A stretch of DNA of 64,000 nucleotides, from NCBI GenBank assembly GCA_030390025.1, contig CM059432.1:123816001-123880000 (forward strand). Direction: 5' to 3'. The position numbers and the translations under genes are program-made. Numbering within the stretch: position 1 is the first letter of the stretch; each line of letters begins with the position of its first letter. Shown piece after piece: positions 21,791 to 35,319 of this stretch. Under the pieces are notes generated by a model. It ran no database searches, was not told the origin of the DNA, and worked only from the letters and a program-made list of their open reading frames with translations. Source of the stretch: Squalus acanthias. Taxonomy: Eukaryota.

Positions 21791-23467
21791 TGTAAGGGGT
21801 GACCTGCGGCTCTGTGCTTAGCCTGGGTGCTAGTGCGAAGTTAGGCCTTGTTGTCTCCAGCCAGCCTGGTAACACTAGACACCTGTGAGTGGTTCGACCC
21901 ACTCGCCCTTACGGTTCTGACACTGGACTTAGGTGCGAGAGCAATAATGCAGAGAAAAACTCAGGTAGACCCGGTTGAATAGTGCGAAATGGAAAATCTT
22001 TATTGCATATTATTCAAGATTACGAGATACATGTCATAAGCACAGATTAATGACAGTACAATCTTACACACAGTTATGTAACTAATTTTAGGGAAACGAG
22101 GAACGCATGACACATCGTAAAAGGGGGCACACATTACAATTATCCTTAAAACTTAAACCCTCCCCTATCAATACCTGTCCTAAACTAGATTTGTAGGATC
22201 GAGACTCATGCTCACCACTCGTGATAACTCGGAGAATTCCGAAACTCTGCTCGGATGTTTTTACCGCAGCACCTGACTATCCACGTGTTGATCAGGGGTC
22301 TCTGTACCCCACTTGTTTACTCGTTTCTGCTCCGGCTAGCAGGCTGGACCGTCTGCTGTCATGAAGATCTGTGTTGTCCTCGGAGTTCCGACACTACTCA
22401 AAAAGGAGTCTTCCTGTGCCCTCACCAGTTTGTAAAACTCAAAGAATGGTCTTCCTGGGCAAGGAAGTGTTTATTCGACTTACAGGCGCGGTCGGGGCTT
22501 ACTGACCGTGGCGATACGTATTGTCGTCTTCTTCTCTTCTCATCTCATCTCATCTCATCTCATCTCCTCTCGGGGCTTCGGTTCCAACACCGTCTACCGA
22601 CTTCTCGGGATGGTGTGCCCGTTTCAAGGCCTCACAGCCCAGTTCTACACAGATCTTCGCGGCAAGCCACGAGGTTGATCCTAGCGGATCAGAGTCCAGA
22701 GCCGTCAGGCAAGAGAATAAAAGTTCAATAGTCTTCCAGCGAGTCAAAACAGCAAGAGCAGCAAGAGGCAGGCGGCAAGAGACAAGAGCAACAAGGCAAG
22801 AGGCAAGAGGCAAGAGCAACAAGAGCAACAAGAGACAGATGGACGGTTGTACCTTACAGTTATAGTGCTGTAATTCCTCTTTTCCCGCCCAATCTTAATG
22901 TCTATCTTTTGTCAGGGTTTTGGCGCTCAAACTTCTTGTATAGGGTGATCTCCGTTTTTAATGGGTTTCGGTGATACTTGTAACTGTCTGAGTACCCGTT
23001 AATACTTCTCCCATTGTGGAACCGGTCAGTATTCTCCCTGGAGGGGTTTTGGGGCTTCCAAATGCTTTCTGTAACTACCCGCAAACGGCTCTCTCATCGT
23101 AGAGTCGTGGGGATTTTGCATATTAATGTCTTTGGATGGGTTCTTGATCGCTCGGTACAATAGCCCTTATTCGCACCTGGGAGACCGATTCCAGTATTTA
23201 TGTATAAAATGCAAACCCATCATGTCTTGTCAATTATCTCAAATGTGCTGAGTCCTGTACGATCTCGCACAAATGTTTATTGGAACGCCATCTTGTCTGC
23301 TCATTGAAAGTCTAGAACGTTCTGCCACGAGGCGTGGCGGCCATTTTACAGACTGTTTGTGTCCACTTTGAAAACCTGACAGCATTCTGCTGAAATAAAG
23401 CTGTTTGTACGAAACTATATGTCTCCTTCTTATTTTATAAAATCGTGATAATTTTGCGAATTCTACA
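21791..23467 (-). repeat. 5' LTR (1677 bp)
   Basis: Near-identical to 14156-15842. By eye: one 10-bp indel and about three substitutions. Confidence 0.96.
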
Positions 23468-23977
23468 CACGTCCCAAATGCTTTACAGCCAATTAAGTAC
23501 TTTTGAATTATAGTCACTGCTGTAATGTTACATCAACAATATGTAAATATACTTTTACACCAAGACTGCTATTTTCTAATTCGTACTAAGTCAGTATAAA
23601 AACACCAGATGCTTAAAGAATACCGCCCATTGTTTGCGGAGAGGGTCCGTCGTCATTTATCTATCCTGTGTACTACCTGACCATAGCGTGCTTGATGTTG
23701 TCAATGGTTGTAAAAAAGTAGAAAAAGGTTGTTTCATTTGTAGCACAGTGGTAAATTTGGATGGGCTGGATCCTCCTCTTCAAGGCAGAGCTCTGACAGG
23801 GTGGAGCTTCTACATGACCTTCCAAAGCTGCTTCAACCCCAGTCCATTTCCATGGGTTAGGTAAATCTCAGATGCACAGCAGACTCCTGACAGGATTTCA
23901 TTCCATCAAGAGGGGAATCCGCCAATCCCAGACATCAAATTCCTAGTGTTGCTGCACTGGGACCAGTGGTCGTTCAA

Positions 23978-24232
23978 TTTTTTTATATTCATTAATGGGA
24001 TGTGGGCGTCACTGCCAAAGCCAGCAGTTATTGCCCATCCCTAATTGCCCTTGAGAAGGTGGTGGTGGGCTGCCTTATTGAACCGTTGCAGTCCGTGTGG
24101 TGAAGGTACTCCCAGAGTATAGTTAGGGAGGGAGTTCCAAGATTTTGGCCCAGCGATGATAAAGTAACGGCGATATATTTCCAAGTCAGGATGGTGTGTA
24201 AGTTGGAGAGGAACTTGGAGGTGGTGGTGTTC
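23978..24232 (-). mobile_element. CR1-like LINE 3' end
   Basis: Matches the 3' ends at 38900-39160 and 51425-51680. Confidence 0.75.
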
Positions 24233-25089
24233 AAGGGGAAGTACAGGTGGTTGGGCAGATAAAGTGACCAAAGTGCCCGAAGGTGGGTGCATCAGGTGTC
24301 TAATTCCTTGGCAAAGACTAAGGCCTACAAAAGAAATGTAAGTGGGGACCTACGCGGTTGGAGATCAGGTCACTACAAGGTCCTCTCCCTTCATTGAGGG
24401 ACTCAGGGCCAGTGGTAAGTGGGGCGGACACCAGGAAAATCTGCCAGGGATCTGGGTCCTGCAAACCCACCATCCCCCACCCTACCACCCCCTCTGCCGG
24501 CAGGAGTGGGGAGGGAAATTTGGTCAGGCTTGAGGCACCAATAGGCCTCACTACATGAATTGTCCCTTATTTTCCACTGCTATCCTATCTCATTTCGGGA
24601 GAATCTAGTCTGACTATGTCTCGATATATGATTGCTCTTGGCACACTAGACATTTCAATAGTATTAGTGAACACCTTGATATGAGGGATCCATTTGACAG
24701 GCTGAGCAACTGGATCTGTGCAACCCCTCATGTCAAACCATGTGAATGAGAAATGTTTACTGCAACTTGACAGAATTTGTAGACTGCTTAGCGTATTTAC
24801 TAGTAACATCAATGGAAATCACTGTGTTCTTTAAGGTTCAGTGAATGTGCATTTTGTTTTGCTGTTTTTCAAACATGTATTGACAGCACTATCTTTTCCC
24901 ATTCTCAAAGTGTGATCTTGAATGAGGCAGAGTGTAATAGAACCTTGATGTACTGCGCTCACTGAGTTCAGGGTCTCAAGCAGAGGGCAGGTATTTCCCC
25001 AAACAAAGGAAGGTACCTCCTGGTGGCTACTTTCATATCATTGATGCTACATGGTATGCTGCCTGGCCTCTTGGTCAGGGGTGATACTT

Positions 25090-25974
25090 GGGCCTGAATT
25101 TTAATCAGGAGGTGGGTTGGGAGCAGAGGGGTGCTTGGAAGAGGTCGGGAAACCCAGGGGAACGAGTTCCCTGCAGGCCCTTCTGAATTTAACAGCAGGG
25201 CCTGATTTGCATGGGAAGCCTCTGTCGCCCACTCACAGCCAGCCAGATTGAGAGGTGGGAGGGAGGGATCAAGTGGGGGCGGGAGGTGGCCGGAGGAGCA
25301 GGGTGGGAATGATCGGGGGCTAGAGCGGCTGATCGGAGGGCTGGAGGAGCGGGGAGGGAGGGATAGGTACAATCAGGGTCCGGAGCGGCTGATCGGAGGG
25401 CCGGAGGAGCAGGGAGGGAGGGATAGGGAGGGTAGGGGGGGAGTTGCAGGTGAGCATTGGAGGGCCGGAGGGGGGTGGGAGCCGGGTGAGTATCGGAGGG
25501 CTGGGAGCAGCAGGTCGGAGGGGGGGGGGTGCGGAGCAGCATGGGGGTGGAGGTCTCGTGAGGGGGATCGGAGGCCTTGGCGGGGATTGGAGGCCTCGTG
25601 GGGGGGGGTCTCCGATCGCGGGGTGTGGGTCAGGTAGGGACACTGGATCCAGGAGGTAAGTGTAAAGGTGCTTACCTCCTGGATCCAGCAGTCCTCGCCT
25701 TACTTTAGCTGGTGGGTTTCTTGAGGCCTGCAAAACCCAACCATTCAGAGTTAAATTTAAATGGAGGTTAAATCTGAGGCACGCCAGCCTCACCATAATA
25801 TTTAAATTGGAGACCCGCCTCCTGGCAGCAGATTGGCTGCCCACCCTTGCCCCGCCTCCGTTAAAACTGGAAGTGGGTGGGTTGGAGGTGGAATCTGGTC
25901 GGAATTCAGACTTTTAACACTTTAACCTCCCACACGACCCAAACCCACCTGTCTTCTTGGGTTAAAATTCCCCC
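25090..25974. mobile_element. Harbinger-type MITE (family C) with G-rich internal repeats
   Basis: GGGCCTGAATTT / AAAATTCCCCC termini and CTT TSD. The right half matches 36000-36272. Confidence 0.7.
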
Positions 25975-26109
25975 CTTGGTGTGGGGAGATTCAGGAAAGG
26001 AAAGAGAGGAATAAAAATGATTGGAAACAAAGTGTACTTAGTTTATAAGCAAATTATCCATTTGAGAGGAAACAGAGAAGCCCTTGTGATATTTCCTTAA
26101 CAAGACTCA

Positions 26110-28070
26110 GGGGTTGAATTTCATGGGGATTCTACCAGTTGTTCACTGTAACTTTGGTGGAAGATCCATGGAAACCCCCGAGAGACGGCTTTTGACTTTG
26201 CAACTGTGTCTGCAGCGTGTTTCCATAGTAGCTACTGAGCCTGCAACATCAGGTATCATGTCTATGAAAGTTGGTTCGAGGTTGCAAGCTCTTTATTTCA
26301 GGGTGGAAAGACTGGTAGAGGTGGTATTGAGGAGAGTTAGTGCGGTGGTAGGGAATAAGGTAAGAGGTGTAGATCAGCTGAAGAATAGCTCTGGCTGAGG
26401 CTGGTGTGGTGGGTCTTCCATTTCTGCTCCATCCTTGCCACCCTTGGGATCGTCATCAGATTGGGGAAGGTTCCATGTACTGTTGCATAGCAAAGTTGTG
26501 TAGAATGCAGCACACAACCACAATGCAGGAGACTCTCTGTGGGCTGTACTGGGCTACAATTGTACAGGGCTTTGATGAGACCACACCTGGAGTACTGTGC
26601 ACAGTTTTGGTCTCCTTATCTGAGAAAGGACATACATGCCTCAGAGGAGGTGCACAAAGGTTCACTAGATTGATTCCTGGGATGAGAGGGTTGTCCTATG
26701 AGGAGAGATTGAGTAGAATGGGCCTATACTCTCTGAAGTTTAGAAGAATGAGAGGTGATCAGAGGGCTGGGGGAGAATTGACAGGGTAGATGCTAAGAGG
26801 TTGTTTCCCCTGGCTGGAGAGTCTAGAACTAGGGGACATAGTCTCAGGATAAGGGGTCGGCCATTTAAGGCTGAGATGAGGAGGATTTTCTTCACTCAGA
26901 GACTTGTGAATCTTTGGAATTTTCTACCCCAAAGTACTATGGATGCTGAATCTTTGAGTATATTCAAGGCTGAGATAGATAGTTTTTTGGACTCTGGGGG
27001 AATCAAGGGATATGGGGATCGGGCGGGAAAGTGGAGTTGAGGTCGACATGTCCAGGCAGAGAATGTTGTTTGAACAGCCCGATGATGTGCTCTGAGATTG
27101 GTCTAGTGGTCCCTGGGCTTTGTTCTATCTCCATTCAGCGGGAAAATGCAGGTTATGTAGAGGTGTCATGAGCCATGTGCACAGGGGATAGCCCCTCTCC
27201 CCAAGCAGCCAGCCTCTGATTGGCTGAGAGGTCTCAAATAGTGGGGGCACTGTATGTATGCATCTTGACAGCTGCTAGGAAACTCTGCACAGGCCTGCAT
27301 TTATCACTGGCGGTAATCATTCACCAGCTGAGCATTGATGGAGTGGTAATCTTTCCTCTTCATGAAGGCTGCTGGCCGTTGGGAGGTGTCCTCATGGCTA
27401 CATGGGTGCAGCCTGAAATTGAGGGTAGCCTGCTATGGCAGAAAAGCCTGCACACCTTTGCTGCTGACTGTTGGCATCCTCGGACAATGTAATCAAATCA
27501 TTGACCTTGGCAAAGGAGGCATCAGTTACCTGTTTGATGCAGGCATGGATTGAAGACTGACTTATGTGACTGATGTCATCCGCTGCAGCCTGGAATGAGG
27601 TGAAAAATGTAATTGGGAGAGTGGGTTGCAGGTCTTGTTGTAAGAGTCTGCACAGGATTGTGACCTCTCTGGACAAGTGCAGTCTCCTGATGTACTCCTC
27701 CTCAGAAAATTGGAGGTAACTGATTCTGGTCCTCTAGGCCCTCTGGGCTGAGTAAGGACACCGAGTGCAGACCTCCTCATGTGTGGTCTCCCGGCTACAA
27801 CTCCTCGTGGTTCCCAGCCCCGCTGCTGCTGCTGCGGCTCCCGTTGTTCCTCTTCCTCAAGCCACAATAGAGTGCCCAGGATGACTCCCAAATTGAACCC
27901 TGGGCTTCTTGAGGGTGGAGAAAGCAGTTGAAAAGTGAAAATCAGCAATTCTAATGGAAAGACCCATGAGGAAATCCAGCCAGGTGAATTGCACACAGAT
28001 ACTAATGATAGGGGGCTTGCAGGTAGGGAAGGTGCAGCACTCCGATTTTAGGGGTGTTACAACCCTGGTG
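26110..28070 (-). mobile_element. Decayed Harbinger with transposase remnants, interrupted by CR1 (right end approximate)
   Basis: Minus-strand [23 protein letters not shown] and FQAAADDISHISQSSIHACIKQVTDA, both HARBI1/DDE_Tnp_4-like. Confidence 0.7.
26560..27043 (+). mobile_element. CR1 3' fragment
   Basis: [27 protein letters not shown]...RTRGHSL...GYGDRAGKWS. Confidence 0.85.
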
Positions 28071-30542
28071 CCCACTGGATGGAGCAAGTTAAAGCCGGTC
28101 CTATGAATCCATCTTGGATCTTGCTTATGTGCACAAAATTGCAAAAGCAAATAACTTTGTGTGCAAAATTGTCTTTGTGTACAGGAAAAGAGGGGTCTAA
28201 AAATGAAATACACAAATTATGCATGTGATGAAGCAAATGATAAATCTTTCCTTTAAGCATATATTGTTGGAACAATGAACCATATGGTCTGCACACCCTT
28301 AGGTGTTGTGCAAATAGGACCATATACTGCAGAAGAATAAATTAACAGTCATTTGTTAATTTTCACAGTTGAAGGAGGTAGTTTGCACCGAATCTCCTTT
28401 AACTAAAACCTTATCAATGAAACTAATCTGAAACCACAGATAAAATCTTTGCAATTAATTGAAAGGCCACCTTTAAGGAGACAAATATTGTACATCGAAA
28501 AAGGTAAGATGCTCATGATAGCGCCTGTACTGTTCGACTATCTATAGCAAGCAACTGGTCATGGTCGATAACTGAGATGTAAGGGAAGGCAAATATGATG
28601 GGAGTTTTGTTCAATTACCTTTGGGGGTCAAGAAAGCAGAACTTTTACTCAGGAGTTGAGTCCATGATAGGTTTGAGGGTTTGGAAATTCTATAACTAGT
28701 GTCATGAGTTGCAGTGTAAACGTACCTTAAGAGTAACGTTTTAAATCCCTTTGTGTTAGTTATTATTGATGGACAGGGTTAATTAAGGTTTTGTGTGAGG
28801 ATGCATTTACACTACAGCCGTAGTGTTTTGCTTTGCACTGACTCTGCAGTTATAGTGCAAATCCAACCTGAATGAGTTAGGGTGGACCTGACACTCCCTG
28901 GAATAGTCGGGTGCCAATCAATTTCTCGCCCATTAACATATTGTGTGCCCTGCTGCCCAGTTCTCATTTATCAATGCAACACTAAAACAAGAAATTAAAT
29001 TATGAATTTAAAACAAGCAGAAGTGTGCTTCACAATATGCCCTTATATCAGATGAGAAATGCAATTTCGAGCTTTGAACAGAAAAATAATTTAGAACAAT
29101 ATTAAGATAGGAGTTATATGCATGCTAAAGCAATTTTTGAAATCCTGTCCTACCGTTAGCATTAACTCGAATTGTTTCTACAGCACTGCTGGCTTTGACA
29201 TTGCAGCTAGTGTTTTGGAATAGATGTAGTAACATTAGTCTTTACCTCTGCAATCTGAAGACATTTACATTTTGACTGATTGCAAACAGCACCAAGATCA
29301 ATGAAGAGGAGTCTTTTATTCTGTGAATCATTATTTCCTGCCTTACATTTATCCACATTCAAGGGATGCTCTGGGATGTCCGACTGCAACCGGTAAGTGG
29401 CCATTTTCAACTGATTACAACCATGATGTCACCACTGAGCAGTTTCAAAGAGAAGTATGATTTTGTTTCTCTTTTTCCCTCTCCTCTGACGCATAGATAC
29501 AAACAGTTCAGCACTCATTCATGTTCTCAACTATTTTGCCTATACAGAAATTAAAAAGGAAAAATATTTATCCCCATAGCTATCTTACTGTTATTTTTTA
29601 CCATAATGAGTGTGTAATACTGGCTAACGAGTGTCGATCAATCGCACAATATTTTGACAAAATGACTGGCATCTCCCTTTAAATCTCTTTTAGAATTTTA
29701 CCTGATTTCCATTTTCCCTCATAATTCACAGTGCATGCCTGTTCTTTGCTGACTAATAGTAATGCAATCTTATGTTCATTTCTATGTCTCTTTGCTGCTT
29801 GCTTCCCATTACCACATTTATGTAACATTATGATATGTCGCTTTGCTTCTAAAATATCATTCTAAAATTCAGAGTAAACCAATCATTGTGGTCTATTTTC
29901 TTAAATTAGTGAAGAGAGCTTTGCTTTATGCAGTATAACAGCACCGATCCTCCTGGTATATCTATCGGCGGGTATCTATGTATTATTACTGAGATCTCAC
30001 ACAGCATTAAAAATATTGTATTGGAATATCAAATTTCCTTTTTGAAATGAGCTGGCTGCACTCCCAAACGTATGAAAGCTTTACTCAAAGTTTGTTTAAA
30101 TTTCATGATATTAAACCCGTATTTTCCTCAGTTCCTTGTAGCTTCCAACAAACCTTTTAATATAAAAAAAACCATCAGCTTGTGAAAACTATGCATCAGT
30201 TAGAGTACAATGATGATAGTTATTGATGGAAGTCAACATCAGGGCCACTTAAAACTGTAACGCATTACAATTCAATAAGAATTGATTACAGAGGCAGGAA
30301 CACATTAAAGAGGTTAAAGTTGCATCGGATTATGACAGCAAATTGCAAAGTGATTTGATCAATGTTATTTAAACTTGGGAACATGTTGGATCCTTGAAGC
30401 ATACTCCATCTTATGTTAAGTCCATATAAAATGTGCAGGTGGAAGTTGTGGCTTTATTTTGCTGGTAGTCGGGTACACGGTGGCCAGCAATGGAATGCAG
30501 GCTCTCACAATCAAATCATGTGACTGGAACTGGAGTACTATT

Positions 30543-31201
30543 GGGCCAAATTTTCCGATGCCTACGGGTGTGTACGAGCTGTGTAGAATGCTCTTGACAG
30601 ATCAGACGCCTGCCCTGGAGAAGGCCTCTGCGGGCGGAGAGTTCCGCTCTCGGCAGAACCTCCGCCTGCAGAAAACCCTTAGAAATCTTACACCTGGTAA
30701 AAGCAGGTGTAAGGCCTGCTTTTACCAGCATAAGAGTTTAAAGATTTATAATTTATAATTTAAAAATACTTAAAAAAAGGCAAGTTTATTTTTAGCCCCG
30801 TAAAAAACTTTAATTATTTTTTTCAAAAAATTAAATTTTTGTTTAAAATATTTAATTTAATGTAATTTTAACTCATTTTAAAAACGTGATGGTTTTTTAA
30901 AAATTTATTTAATATTTTAGTGTCTTTTTGGGGTGATCTCATTCATACTTTTGACAGGTCTGTCTGTCAAAAGTATGAAGGGAGATTCCCTTCTTTCATT
31001 GGCTCTCCTGGCCCACGTGATCCCAGGGACGCTTGCAAACCGCATGCGCCCCATGGGATACGTGGGCCCTGCGCATTTCAACTGTGGAGAGGCCCAGGAG
31101 CGGAAGTGTCCGGACCTCGGGAGCCCTCAGGTAAGTGCGTAGATTTTTTTCCGATAGGAGGCATCTGCACGCAGGAAGCCTCCTATCGGAAATTACGGGC
31201 C
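30543..31201. mobile_element. Harbinger-type MITE (family D), AT-rich centre
   Basis: GGGCCAAATTTT / AAATTACGGGCC termini and ATT TSD. Homologous to 52150-55176 and 63540-64000 in the opposite orientation. Confidence 0.78.
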
Positions 31202-32179
31202 ATTGTGTCACGTGAGTTGGACTCCAGCACTGTCAGCTTCCCTTTTCTCCAAACCGTGCGTTCTTCACACTCAGCAACTTTAAGTAATTACTATTCTGGC
31301 ATAAACAACCGACCGTTGTTTGCAAGAATCACTGGAGAGGCAAAAATATTTTGAAAAATCAAATCTAGTTCAGTCCAAATATAAGGTGAATAAAATCTAT
31401 TCTAGTTTGTCACAATGGCTTTGTTTAAACGCACGGCCGACAAAGAGGCTTCTTAATGTTAGTTCATTTACCTGCGATGAGTCATTTACGTGGGAGGGAA
31501 ACTGTGTAAAAACACAATGTCATAATTGAAAAAGGGTCAACATGGGAATGAATCACTTTTATAAATATGGAGAGATGGGGATCAGAGATAGAAGCTGTGC
31601 AACAGAATAAGTAACCAGGGAAATCATATTTTTCAACTCATGAATTGTATAATGGAAATAATGGAGGTGGTTAGGTACACCATGGAAAAAAGTCTCACTT
31701 TGTGACTCAATGATGTGTCACTTCATGAAAATGAAACTCTGTTGGTGACAACATGCACTAAAAATCTGAAAAGGTCCTGACCACAGCTAGTCTCTCCTCC
31801 CCTACAAATACCACTATTCAGTGTGATTCGACCTCTTTTCCTCCTAATCCGTAATCTCAACACTATTCAGTCTTCTCACATCTATAAATACTGCAGTGCT
31901 GCTCAGGCCTCTCGCAACAGTTCGGTTGACTTAAACTGTGACTTACAGAACTAGAGGACAGACCGCAAAATTATAATGCCTCAAGACCAGTGATTAGAAA
32001 AATGTTCACCTATAACATTTGGAGGATTTTACTTATTTTACTTATTCATTTTGTTTTAATTCATGTTATGGAAGGTAACATTCAACTTGCAAAGGATTTA
32101 TTCCTAATTAATTTAGCATTTAGAAACATTTAGAATGCTAATTGGGATGCAATGAAAAGTCATTTTGTACATCCCAATT

Positions 32180-32347
32180 TGTTTATCACATTGCTGTTTG
32201 CGGGAGCTTGCTGTGCACAAATTGGCTGCCACGTTTCCTGCATTACAACAGTGACTAGACTTCAAAAAAAGTACTTCATTGGCTGTAAAGTGCTTTGGGA
32301 CGTCCTGAGGTCATGAAAGGCGCTATATAAATGCAAGTCTTTCTTTT
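32180..32347 (+). mobile_element. DeuSINE-type SINE 3' fragment
   Basis: Matches 553-715. Confidence 0.75.
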
Positions 32348-32707
32348 ATCCCATAGCGGTTTGCACCTGGTTCCAGGATGGTTTTCATTATACCTGGCAG
32401 GAGACTTAGCAGAAAAGTTCTATGAGCTTCCACTCCAAGGGCATGGCTTTTTATTTAAAAGTGGCAACTTTGTCAGCCTAGCAGATCGATCCACGACACC
32501 CAGAGGACAGCCTTCATCTCATGCTCTCTCTCTCTGGAGAGTCAGTTTTAATGGTGATTGATTAGAGGGCTAGATTTCTCTGTGGCTATCTAGGAGACTG
32601 AGAAATCGAGGTCCAAGCATGAACATGAACACATACAGCCTTTAACTTAGGAATTCAGGTGCTGGTTAGCTCAGAGACAGCTAACTTGTCTCTCTCTAAC
32701 ATCTCTT

Positions 32708-33025
32708 TCAAATGTGATGTTAAACCGAGGCCCTGTCTGCTCTCTCAGGTGGATGTAAAAATCCTATGGCACCATTTCGAAGAAGAGCAGGGGAGTTATC
32801 CCCGGTGTCCTGGCCAATATTCATCACTCAATCAGCATCACAAAAAAAAGATTATCTGGTCATTATCACATTGCTGTTTGTGGGAGCTTGCTGTGCGCAA
32901 ATTGGCTGCCATGTTTCCTACATTACAACAGTGAATACGCTTCAAAAGTACTTCATTGGCTGTAAAGCGCTTTGGGATGTTCAGTGGTTGTGAAAGGCGC
33001 TATATAAATGCAAGTCTTTCTTTCT
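32708..33025 (+). mobile_element. DeuSINE-type SINE, 5'-truncated
   Basis: Matches 393-715. Followed directly by a CAGATGCTGCCTGACCTGCTGAG repeat at 33025-33115. Confidence 0.78.
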
Positions 33026-35319
33026 CCACAGATGCTGCCTGACCTGCTGAGTATTTCCAGCATTTACTGGTTTTTATTTCAGATTTCCAGCATCCGCATT
33101 GTTTTGCTTTTGTTGTACAGCTAATTTGCAGTGGGTTTAGCCTGTAACGGCGATAAAGTCACGTACTTTGTTATTTTATGGTATGAGGAGCGATAAGGAA
33201 TTGATTGAATATCACCATGGAAACTGTGGTCTGTTCATTCATATATTTCACGGATAATAAGCCAGGTTGTTGGTTTACAATTTGCCTTGTCTCACAAGAG
33301 TTCCTATCAGCCTGTCTTCAGAAAAGAAAGGGGATTGCATGTGGTAGCATGGGCTGGATCACATTATGTGTCACGATCAGCAGGTTTAGCTAGTTATTGG
33401 GCAGTAAAGGTGCTCTTTAGATCACAGGTGATGATTATGGTGATGCTGAACCTAATGTAGTCATTCAATTTGTAACGCTCACCCTTCTCCAGAGTTTCCA
33501 ACAACCCCACACCACCACCCCCCACCCCTCCTTCCTCAGGGTAATGAATACGTGCAATGGACTCCTGGGAAAAGCGAGATAGTGTTGTGCCGATTTTATA
33601 CCAGTAAAAAGGAACTCAATAAATATCTCTTCGAGAATGGGATTGAAGGTTCTCAGGACAGGTATAGGTGATCAGGAGTTCTACAGGATAAAATAGGTCC
33701 ATGGATGAGTTTTGTATGGAACACAACACTTCAAAGATTATGCCACTGAGTTGCTTTCCTGGAGTTTTGTTTGATTAGCTTTGAGGTCAGGGGGAACTTT
33801 AGAACGTTGTCATCTTGCGGTCTTTTGGCCATGATTGCTGGCCTCCTTCAGGAGATTGAGTAGTTCGAGTAATTGCTGCAACAGGGCAAATTGTACATGG
33901 TTTAAGGAAAAAAAGAGATTGATGGGTTGAGCAGATTTTCTCCTTCCATACTCTCTTGGGCTATAATTCCCTACTTGTTCACAGAAAAGGGCTAACCACC
34001 CTTTTCAAATGATTTACAACCCATTAACAAAATGGGCGCGCGCGGTTTTTAATTGGTCAATTTTGTACGAACCACTTTGTTAGCTGGTATGGCAAAATAA
34101 AAGCCAACAAAGGCACACCTTTAATACTTTTCAAGCATCTCAGATGACACTTGTGCAGTATAACTGACAGAAGGTCACAATGCCAGCTGTGAAATAAACA
34201 ATAAGGGAAGCCACAAACAAAGGTGTGGGATATAAATTTTCTCTTACTTCTCTGTCAAGGTCTTTGATATATTTTTGGGTTCTATGCTAGATAGTACACG
34301 TGGGTTCAGCATCTCTGACCAGTCCCGAAAGCAGACCTCAGATTCCCTATGATTTGCAGTGTGCCTTTACCTGGGATCAAACAGAGAATCCTTAACACTG
34401 AACCAATATATCATGTGCTGCCACGTGATTTTCCTCGCCTTTAGATTGAATATACATTCTATCAGACCAAGACTCAGGCTACACACCAACAGGCAGTTTA
34501 TTTTAATGTAGTATAAAGTAGGCGAATAGCATTCTGAACGAAACCGTGTTTTTGCACACTTTGCTGTCCTTCACTATATTGAGAGCAATAAAGATTTTTC
34601 CCCCGAGTTAGATTTCAGCATTAATTAGATCCCTGCAAATGGCTGCTCAGTTCCTACATGGCTCGATGCAACCAAAGTTGAACTAGCCCAGCCTCTGCTG
34701 GCTGAATACTGTGGACTGACTTTTGAGGTAAATTTACTCACAGGAGTATTATTCCAAATCCTCTGAAGGTGTGCTGAAACAAAAGCCCATTAACAAAAAT
34801 GTGCATTTCCCTTAATTAAATGTGATCGTTATCCATCCATTAACAATGGCATTAGCTATTGCCCCATAGTTGAAATATATGAGATAGTTGGAACTTAACA
34901 TTTCACTCATTCAGCTATCAAAAATACTACTAGAGAGGTACAACTCAAAGCCTTTGCAATCTTTTAACATTAGCACATTAAAACTGCCTTCTGTTTCAGC
35001 AGGAACCAAGATTGCAATGCATATTAAATCAACCTTTGCCTGGTGAAATAAATATATGCATTTCTGTATCTTGCAGCGAAAGCTAAAGAAAACCATAATT
35101 AACCTATGTTTAATGTTACTAATAGTAAGGAAACATGAAAAAGAGGGGCAGGAAAAGAACATGTGGTTAATCAAGTCCATCCTATCCAGACATGTGCATG
35201 CCAAGGTGCACCAGCATCCCATCCCCCAGTCAGATACTCTCTTGGGGGAGGCATAAAAAAGAAGAAAATCTGAGGCCATTTTAGGAAAAACATCCACAGT
35301 TTTAACTCCACAGCGTGCG

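Larger units (their letters stand above)
14156..23467 (-). mobile_element. Young env-bearing, pol-less LTR element/endogenous provirus (9312 bp)
   Basis: Two TG...CA LTRs, CACG TSD (14152-14155 / 23468-23471), PBS, PPT, gag and env-like ORFs. The flanks rejoin into a SINE (CATGACCTCAA-CACG-TCCCAAATGCTTTACAGCC). Confidence 0.96.

Noticed and set aside
29206..29391. Host exon (CAG| ... |GTAAGT)
   Set aside because: All three plus-strand frames contain stops and there is no recognisable protein.
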